Assembly: GCA_964187785.1 (NCBI GenBank)
Contig: OZ076409.1
Coordinates: 8,000,001 to 8,064,000, forward strand
DNA: 64,000 bases
Source: Amphiscolops sp. MND2022
Taxonomy: Eukaryota
Reading direction: 5' to 3'
Shown: positions 26,839-35,478 of the stretch, one piece after another
How the letters are laid out: every line of letters starts with the position of its first letter
Position numbering within the stretch: the first letter of the stretch is position 1
Made by a program: the position numbers and the translations under genes
The notes under the pieces: generated by a model
Told to the model about the DNA's origin: nothing
The model's input: only the letters and a program-made list of their open reading frames with translations
The model's database searches: none

Positions 26839-28080
26839 CCTGTTGAAAACACTTCAACAATCCTGGATCCTCCCTCTGATATATCTCCATCAGCTCCAAC
26901 TATTCCTTCCCCACCTGAATCTTCAGTATCTAGCACTACAAACTCTAGTAATGTAACTCCTACTACTCCTTCTAAAAGATCAAGGTCATACATCTCTAAA
27001 ACCACCTCTTCCTCCCTTCTTCACAGACCACCTATATCTGAAATTCCTATAAACACTCGTCCTCAACAAACTTCTATTAACACTCCTATTATACATATAC
27101 CAAACCCTGAAAGTGTTGAACAATACGTAACATACAAACATCCTACAGCTATCAAAACTGTTAGACTACAACCTCAACTTAATCTTGTACAAATCCCTGA
27201 TACTGAATATACAAAGCTACCTTCACTAAAATTACCTTCAGAACTTAGCACTACTTCTTCAAAACTTTATCCACCATTAAAACCTCTTCGAAAACCCTCT
27301 ACATCACTCTCAAATCTTTTAGACAATAATACTTCAGACTACGCTCCATCACAAGACACAAGCTCACTTTTTGTACCTAAACATAGATATAATCTTCGTG
27401 ACCTTCCTTCACGTAGACTTAGTACAGACACTTCAACACTCAATTTTTCGGCTCTTTCTAGCAATTCTGCATTACGACTTGTACGACAACACGCTCAACC
27501 ATTGTCCTCTGACACACCATATTCACAACTCTTCCAATCTCCTTATTTTACTTCTGTTTTTGAAACCGCTTCACTACTCTCATCTAACCCTCAGACTGCA
27601 TTTTTATCAGGAGACCTTTTCTCACAAGTAGTAATCCCTACTCCTGTTCCTGCACATATTAGACTGCCCGAATACTATACTGCAGAACACTCTAGACCTC
27701 CAACTCCAAATTTTGCTGACTATTCACTTAGAGTCGATGGTATAACCATCTACGACCCACAAAACGATCCCCGATTTCCAATTCTTGCAGAACGTTTCAT
27801 TAACAACAACGACCTCTTATCGCACAAACGCAAAGAAACAGAACTAAAACGCCTCCAGACATCAAATCTAGAACTTAAATTTGAAGTCAAAGTCAAATTT
27901 CAAGGATTAAATCCACACCCAATATTTCACGTCTCTAAAATAGAACATAAAACCTCTCCTGCTCCTTTTGAAGTAGTACATATTGAATTTGAACGCGATC
28001 TTAATATACCCACTATCACATATGGCAACATTGTCTTCTGTAACCCATATTCCGGTCTTAAATATACATCATCTTTTTAA
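26839..28080 (+). pseudogene. Accessory ORF X between pol and env: long S/T/P-rich region plus a ~130-aa globular C-terminus
   Basis: The frame of ORF 27502..28080 is open from 26839 (~413 codons); two upstream in-frame stops at ~26803 and 26836; no ATG in the open part. Confidence 0.5.
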
Positions 28081-30736
28081 ACCCTACACAACCTTTTACA
28101 TAACACATCTCATTATTTATTTACATTTATTTAACTCTACCTTTTCCATACCCATAACACCCTCTGACACAGAAAACTATCTTCCATCGGATGACCCAAA
28201 TATTACAAATCTCATGGTTTCTCATTATGACTGTGAAAAACAACACAATCTGAGACAATTTACTCTACTCAATGTAAAACAATGCACTGAAGCTCCTTCC
28301 GACATTAAGCATGCAAGTGTTAAAGCCCGTGTATATGTCCGAGCAAAAGCTAAACGCATCAAAGCTTTTAAATGTGTTGCTTATGTAAAGAAAGAAAGGA
28401 AAATATGCTTTCAAGGTTCCGTAAAATACCGTCGTGTTGATAGAACCGTATGGAATCATAATACATTACCGCTCCCTGTTACTCTTGATCCAGTAGAATG
28501 TAAAAACATTATAAGACATTTAAATGGTACAAATGATAAGATACTGAATAACCTTCAATACAACAAAACTTTTACACTCTTAGAAGATCATTATTTTCAA
28601 GAACGTTTAGAACAATATCAAACCCTTTTCACTGTATATCAATTGAACAAAATGTATACAGGTACATTTACATTTATGCCTGCTGATAAAAACTGGATAT
28701 ATGACCCTACTCAAAACCCTTATCATAACTGTCCTGCTCATCATCAATTCGAAGTCAACTTAGTTAGTTGGCGACTAGAAATTTCTGAAGTAGAACTTAC
28801 ATATGATGACACATCTAATGACATGATAATCGATGGACATACATTACCCTGCTACTTTGCAGATGGTTTCTGTAAACCCACTACAAAAACTCCTTTTACT
28901 CTTGTTTGGTTCAATGATGATTATTGTCTAATTTTTACCTTACAAGACTTTATTGGACGTATGACTAAAATTGAAGATAGATATTGGACTGAAACAGACT
29001 CTTTTGTACATTCTCCACATCCAATAAAATCTAAAACAGCTTCTGGTATCAAAGGTACAGAACATCCCTATGTTTATGCTCCTCATACACAACATCCAAA
29101 TAATCCAAGTCTTTCAAGATTTGAAGTTTTTCCTACAGCACAAACCTTTTGTGGTAAACCAGACCCTCTTTATTCTACACAATATTCAGACCTTTTTGTT
29201 ACATACACTGATGGTTTCAATATGCATACTGGACAACCCAATCCTCATTCCATGATTGATGAATATATTTCTGGTAAAATAGTATTAGACACTTCAAATA
29301 ACAAATTTGTATTCCCTGCATTAAATGTCTCAAACAATTTTGCTACCATTGATTATGATGCACATATAAACACCAAAATCAATTATACTATTAATTATGT
29401 TTTCCGATCAATGACAGTACAAGAACTAAATACTCTTCAAACAATATGTGAACTAGAACGAAACCAACTCCTTACAATACTCGCAATGTCAGTACAAAAC
29501 CCTCAACTTGCTGGTTTCCTCTTAACCGGTAATAGAAGTAACTTCTTATACGTTGAAGGCCCAACCGCCTGGCTTTACGACTGTCCTCATTTTCTATCTC
29601 CTTTATACAAAACAGATAGATGCTTTGACCGTATACCAATACATTTTAAAGATACCTTAATGTACGTTGATCCTATTACAAGACAAACTTATGATTATGC
29701 TACACCAATTACATGTGATAATAATCCACGTAACATTATTGAACTAGATCCTGATTCAGACGATCAAGACTTTTACATTCTTGGACCTGAACCTATTAAA
29801 CGCAAACCTCCACTAATGTTTACACCTTCACAAATCAAAACTACAAAACGCCCTAATACTTTTACAGCCCAAGATGCTGGTATAAATTCAAATGCAGAAC
29901 TTGATCAATTTTGGAACCGTATTTTATTTTCTAAACATTCTGATTCTACGCTCCAATTACTAGGCAAAGCTCTTAGTTATTCCTTCATTTCATCTAATAC
30001 TCCAAATTACGATGCAGATTCCCCTCAAGACTCTGGTAATCCTTACAATACATTACGTATAGGACTCCATGATAAACTCTTGAATTTAACTCCTCTTTTT
30101 ACACCTACATGGTTTTCAGATGCTTTTATTGCACTTTTTGGATACCCTTGTTACATTCTCACACAATGTGGTATATACTTTTCTACATTTCTTTTCGTAC
30201 AATCTACTCTTACACTCATTGTAAAACTTTACAAAACAATATCTATTAAATTTAATCTAAAAAATAATATTACTTTATTTAGTTCTATAGCACATGGTTT
30301 TTTTAATGTTCTTACAGCACGAATGGTCAGTGACCTCCATGAGACTCAAAACAAAAAACCCAAAAGTACACTTTTAAAATCCAAGTCTTTAGATAATTTT
30401 ATTGACACTTCTCCAAATCTAATTAACCATTCTACATCTACAGATGTTACTTCCCCTCCACCTTTCTACACTAAACGTCCTAACAAAATTCAATTTCCTA
30501 AATTTAACTTGTTTCCGAAACGACACCACAATTCTCACCATAAAACGGCTCCACTTCCTTTCTCTCCTGTTCAACATCCTCCACTTCCTAATTATACTCA
30601 TAAAGACTTTCACTCGAATGACAATCTAACTACTCAACATGACACTTTAATTAACAATCCTGTCACTTCTACTACGGATACACCAATTAAAATCTATTCG
30701 CGGATAAACTATCCTTTTCCTCCTCCATCTTCTTGA
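28022..30736 (+). CDS. env: Envelope glycoprotein, chuvirus-like/class III fusion protein, 904 aa, intact
   Basis: Hydrophobic signal-like N-terminus; motifs HYDCEK...LLNVKQC, FKC...KICF, ICELERNQL...NPQLAGFLL...LYDC...RCFDRIPI...VDPITR...ITCD; N-glycosylation sequons; C-terminal TM (FGYPCYILTQCGIYFSTFLFV) and Pro-rich tail. Confidence 0.85.
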   Translation: MATLSSVTHIPVLNIHHLFKPYTTFYITHLIIYLHLFNSTFSIPITPSDTENYLPSDDPNITNLMVSHYDCEKQHNLRQFTLLNVKQCTEAPSDIKHASVKARVYVRAKAKRIKAFKCVAYVKKERKICFQGSVKYRRVDRTVWNHNTLPLPVTLDPVECKNIIRHLNGTNDKILNNLQYNKTFTLLEDHYFQERLEQYQTLFTVYQLNKMYTGTFTFMPADKNWIYDPTQNPYHNCPAHHQFEVNLVSWRLEISEVELTYDDTSNDMIIDGHTLPCYFADGFCKPTTKTPFTLVWFNDDYCLIFTLQDFIGRMTKIEDRYWTETDSFVHSPHPIKSKTASGIKGTEHPYVYAPHTQHPNNPSLSRFEVFPTAQTFCGKPDPLYSTQYSDLFVTYTDGFNMHTGQPNPHSMIDEYISGKIVLDTSNNKFVFPALNVSNNFATIDYDAHINTKINYTINYVFRSMTVQELNTLQTICELERNQLLTILAMSVQNPQLAGFLLTGNRSNFLYVEGPTAWLYDCPHFLSPLYKTDRCFDRIPIHFKDTLMYVDPITRQTYDYATPITCDNNPRNIIELDPDSDDQDFYILGPEPIKRKPPLMFTPSQIKTTKRPNTFTAQDAGINSNAELDQFWNRILFSKHSDSTLQLLGKALSYSFISSNTPNYDADSPQDSGNPYNTLRIGLHDKLLNLTPLFTPTWFSDAFIALFGYPCYILTQCGIYFSTFLFVQSTLTLIVKLYKTISIKFNLKNNITLFSSIAHGFFNVLTARMVSDLHETQNKKPKSTLLKSKSLDNFIDTSPNLINHSTSTDVTSPPPFYTKRPNKIQFPKFNLFPKRHHNSHHKTAPLPFSPVQHPPLPNYTHKDFHSNDNLTTQHDTLINNPVTSTTDTPIKIYSRINYPFPPPSS

Positions 30737-30795
30737 ACACTCTCTCAGTTTTTCTGTAACTCTCTTTCAGTACACTTGCCTACTATCTCTTCACA

Positions 30796-31245
30796 ATTGC
30801 TACTCCTCCACCGCTCGAAACTCTTGCAGAAGTTCATCTTCCTCAGCCCAACAATACTTCTCTAATAATAACCGTCTTCAAAAACTCTTCAACTAAAGTT
30901 GATAAATCCACTCGTTAGTGTAATTTATAGTACTTTCACTTTAAGGTGCTAAGGCCTCTTGGAATAGATAACACTGTGATTGTTGATGTTTTTAAAACAA
31001 TGACACAAGCACAAATTGACCTACAAACACAGCTTGAACAAGCAACCCCAACAGATCTTATAACTAGACCTCTTTCAAATGATTCTCCTGTTCTCTATAA
31101 TGAGACTTCAGAACAAACACCTCCAACTTTTCTTGAACCAATGGAACACACAAAAGTTGAAAACGAAAATTCAAAACCTACTCCTCCACAAGATGATACT
31201 GATCATACACAATCGACACCACCTCCTCCAAAAAAAACGATATGA
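30796..31245 (+). pseudogene. Accessory ORF Y downstream of env (~150 aa, two stops)
   Basis: The frame of ORF 30946..31245 extends upstream through two TAG codons (~30916, ~30928); acidic/Pro-rich with a PPPPKK end. Confidence 0.35.
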
Positions 31246-31249
31246 AATT

Positions 31250-32329
31250 ATGAAAGATCCAATCTTTCTTTCATCACCAATATATCCTCCTTCAATACCT
31301 TCAAAAATTTCACTTTGCACGAACCGCGACGATCATTTGATCTCAATTCTTTCTACTGACGATTTCGTCTTCAAAGCCCAGCTAACTTCTCTATATATGC
31401 ATCCTACTGACTATTCATTTCGCTTATATGACAAAAATCAAGACTTCTTCACATCCATTGCTTCCAAAATAATGGGTCCATACCAATATTGGCTCGAAAA
31501 CGGAGTTAAAATTTTCTCTCTCCAATTCAATTTTCTTTGACCTTCTATATACGATCTCAAAACAGATGAATCTGATCCATCTTTTCTCTCTATAGCACAA
31601 AAAGCTACTCATCATCAAACATATACTAAATTCCTGCAATACACGAAACCACAAAATCACATTTTTGTCAATTACAAATATATATCACCGTTCACAATGA
31701 CAAATATGTACACTCTGGACCACTCCTGTATAACAGGCTACCTTCGAAACTATGACCCTATGAAACAATACTTCTGTTTGCTTCCATACAACAATACTTC
31801 ACGCCCACCTATTGTACCTCAAGAATATCTCATACATTACGATGATTTTTTGTTGCCTTGCAACATTCCTACTCAAATTGCCAAACCTCTTACTGTTATT
31901 AAACACCTAGTATCTTCTCCACTTGACGATAAAGATAGAACGTACTATACAGCACTCTACAAGCAAACGTATTCCTACAATGAACTTCTCTTTATTTCTG
32001 CCAAAACTATCTCTTTCATGGTACAAGCTGAACAAAAAACTGAACATAAATCACACGCTTCACCCATAAAAAACGCTCCTGACAAACTTTCCTCTGTAAT
32101 AAACAATCGAACACTTCGCGACATAACAAGTTTACTTGAACCCTATAAACGAAACTCCTCTGAAACATCTATCACAACACTCACACATATACTACACTGC
32201 TACGACAGAACACACAAACTCCTTCAGACACTCGATTTAGACTCTCAACGCATCACTCAATCATCCCAAGCAATCCAATCTGCTTTGGAAACTATAACTA
32301 CTCTTTTTAACGCAACTAATCTTCATTAA
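31250..32329 (+). pseudogene. Accessory ORF Z (~359 aa, one internal TGA), unknown function
   Basis: ORFs 31079..31540 and 31697..32329 are in the same frame and the interval after TGA 31538-31540 is open; aromatic-rich globular N-part, helical C-terminus. Confidence 0.6.
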
Positions 32330-32784
32330 ACTCTTCTACAGGTAATATAAAGTTCTTAATTTTTCTTCTCTGGTACACTCTATGATACATCTGTGGCACA
32401 TTATAAAAGGTATTTTCATTTTTACCTACTTCTTTAAGGTAAATTTTTGCTTTTGAATGAAATCTCAGGACTATTTTTCAAGTACACTATTTTTTCCTAC
32501 AGTACATGTCAAAAATCTAACTATTTCTATCAAAAAAAACTACAATACAAGACATACAAGACAATATAGCACAACACTACATATGATACATTATAGCACC
32601 CAATTTTGTTGTACATCTTTGACTTGATATTGTCATTCTTCTTACACTTCCTTTGTTTTAGAAACATCCATTCTTCTTCCTCCTCCTTCCATTCTCTTTC
32701 AGAACATCTCCACTTCTCCTTTTTCGTCTTCTACAGGACTCTCTCGTCATTGCCCCCAACGCTGAAATACAAGATATAATAACA

Positions 32785-33201
32785 ATGACTTCCAGCCACT
32801 CAAAAGTTCATAGCCTAAAAGCAGCTATTTTTCACACAATGGCCTACAAACTTTCCCTGGAGATCAACAACAATAAAATAACGCCAAAATCTCTTATCGC
32901 TTTTCTGAAAGTCTTATATATTGTCGCCCAAATCAAAAAGAAACACATTACATTTGAACAATATTCAAGGATTCATGTCGCCAGACCAAAAATTGCCATT
33001 TGTGAAACGGCTTCTAACGTCGTTTTTGTGTTAAACTCGGCGTTCACGTCTAAAGACTAATATTTTCAAGCTGCCCTACACGAAGCCACAAACGCATTTA
33101 ACGAGATGCTTCATAGTTTTGGATATACCCAGAAACTCGAACACTATGATCCTCATCAACATCAGGCACACCCACCTCAACAACATCCTCTCTACAACTA
33201 A
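32785..33201 (+). pseudogene. Accessory ORF W (~138 aa, one internal TAA)
   Basis: After TAA 33058-33060 the frame continues YFQAALHEATNAFNEMLHSFGYTQKLEHY...LYN*; polypyrimidine-CAG acceptor at 32736. Confidence 0.45.
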
Positions 33202-34402
33202 AACAAAATTCTACTTACTTTTATCACTCTTCAACTCCATCTCTTCTTGAATCCATCATTCTTCTTCAATGATGTTTGAGATGTAGCTGTCGATCACTCC
33301 TTCAAAAAACTCCTACACATGCTGAAACTCTTCACTCCACCCACACACGATGGTCAACAACATCCATCTCCACTTTGGGTTCATCGACGTTGCCAAATTT
33401 TGTCCTCGTATAACTTTAATACAGTGTAATGCTATATACTCTTCCCTAATCTTTAGTGCTATATACTCTTATATACTCTTAATCTTCTGTAATCGCATTA
33501 TAATTACCCCATTATTGCAAAATCCCTTCAAAATTCTACCGATAATTATCTTTGTAACCACAATATTATCTGCTCCTATTTTCTTGTGTATAGTACAATA
33601 CCTTAATCTTATCTAATTATGTTGATACATCAATAATTCACTTCAAAAATGTTTCTCCAATACCCATCTTTTACAGAACACAAGTCCTACCTACAGTACA
33701 AGAAGCTTTCTAAGATTTTTGGACAAAAATTTTTTTCTTTTACCAAACATGTTCTACCCCTTTGTTTTAATCCCCAAAAACATTCCCAAAAACTTTCCAA
33801 ATTTTTCTTTAGAACTCTTGAAAAATGTCACTTCTAGCTTTCTAATGTTTGAAACTTGAAATTGCCAAAGTTTTTTTTTCTCAACTTTTGCCTCTGCTCT
33901 ACTCTTCACTTTCGTTGAAAATGAACTCTCACTTGAACCTTGACTTTTCGAAACTTCTTCACTTTAGGTTCACATACCCGCCAATGTTGGTTCACAGCTC
34001 ATTGACAACTTCACGCTTTAGTTCTTCAACTTGAAAAGTTTTCCATGCTGACTAACTCATGTTGATGAAAGAATTTTTTCAAACAAGCCGATGGCTGATA
34101 CGAAAAAGAAACATGAAATGATAAATAGTTGTCAACAATAACTTCAAAGAACTTGTCAGTCAAAGAAACTGAAAGAACTTGAACCTTGCCTGAACCTTTT
34201 TGCACCAATTGAATCGTCTATGACGTAAGAAGTCAAATCGTCTTAGGTTGTTCTCACTCCTTAAGTATGGTACTTTACAAAACGAAACTCATGGAACTCT
34301 AGTACAACACATATGAAACAAACCCATGCATATAACAAAAACTTCTAGAACTCCTCAAACCCAAAGTGCATATATGTAATTTATTTTAAATTCCCGGTTG
34401 AT

Positions 34403-34803
34403 TGTGATGCCATGATGCATGTCCTCAAAGATTCTATAAATCTGAAATACTCTGAACTCTTAACCAAAGCAATTAGTAAATGTAATCTAATTTAGAAGCT
34501 AAGAAACTTCATTTAATAGATCCTGTATCAAGCTCCCCTGATTCATCCTGTTGCTGTCACATTGTTAATTGATGTAACCTACCCTAGTTAATAGAATATA
34601 TCTACTCGGAGAAATTGAGAATTCATCCTAACAATCGGTCTTTCTCCCGCACTTCGATAACTGAGATCTCAGAAATTGATTGTACTCAGAACTAGCTAGC
34701 TACAAGATATAAGATAAGACGACTCCGCTGTTAAAATCTTAGACTTCTTATGTCAGTACTAACACTCCTAAAAGAAACCACCACACAACTTTTTAACAGC
34801 TCA
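34403..34803 (+). repeat. 3' LTR (401 bp)
   Basis: Direct repeat of 17071-17470, followed by the AACC TSD. Confidence 0.97.
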
Positions 34804-35312
34804 AACCAATGTGATCCTGTTTTTCAGACACCAGAAAATCCGGGGTAACTTCTCGGCCAAGAGGCAGAAGTTACACAGTTAAACTAACTTATATATTGGC
34901 TTTTAAACTAGTCAGTTGGCGGGTCTCAAAAAAGCCACTGCTATAGTCGGGTCTTTTCTTACGAACAATTCGTGAAACTTAGTTAAACATGGCCTTATAG
35001 CGTATTCAATAGAGCCGTTGTTTCAGGGAGGCATCTCCACCCTTCCTTCTTTCGCAGTGTAAGACTGAAGTGGCTGGTCCCGAAAGAGCAAAATCTTGCA
35101 GTTCCACTGCGCCTGCTTTGATGTGCATATACCCTGTCAGATTTGCAGAGAACCATTGAATCACGTGACTGATCATGAACAACAAAAGCATGTTTGTAAA
35201 TTTTTGAAGAAAAAAGAAAATTTGCTATAACCAAAATGTATACAAAATTTATAACATTGTTTGATGGAAGCCTCCTTTATTTACAGGTGGTTGTTTTCAG
35301 GACTGTTGGAGT

Positions 35313-35478
35313 CTAAATGTTCTGTGACGTCATTTCCTGTGCTGAGAGGAGAATCGCTGAGTTTGGAGAAGAGGCCATTTCTTTTCGCACGTGTTTCCTC
35401 GAATGTGGTTCCATTTGGTTTGCAGTGCTGAACGAAAAGAGACAGCCCTGTCTTATGCAGTGGAAATGGGCACACTTC
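35313..35478 (-). CDS. CASZ1: castor exon 13 (terminal): [29 protein letters not shown]...*
   Basis: tttcag acceptor, phase 2 in, TAG stop, downstream AATAAA. Confidence 0.85.

Larger units (their letters stand above)
17071..34803 (+). mobile_element. Full-length env-bearing Ty3/Gypsy LTR retrotransposon (endogenous-retrovirus-like), 17,733 bp
   Basis: Two ~400-bp TG...CA LTRs; AACC TSD at 17067-17070 and 34804-34807; PBS; gag-PR-RT-RH-IN order with Gypsy motifs; envelope ORF. Confidence 0.97.

Noticed and set aside
33700..34208. Apparent antisense ORF near the 3' LTR with stops at Trp-like positions
   Set aside because: Many stops and a frameshift; minus-strand TGA is expected from the frequent plus-strand TCA in this skewed sequence.
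35027..35230. Possible terminal exon of a plus-strand gene (tttcag acceptor), with putative small exons at ~8810 and ~9657
   Set aside because: No recognisable protein and no consistent exon chain could be built.
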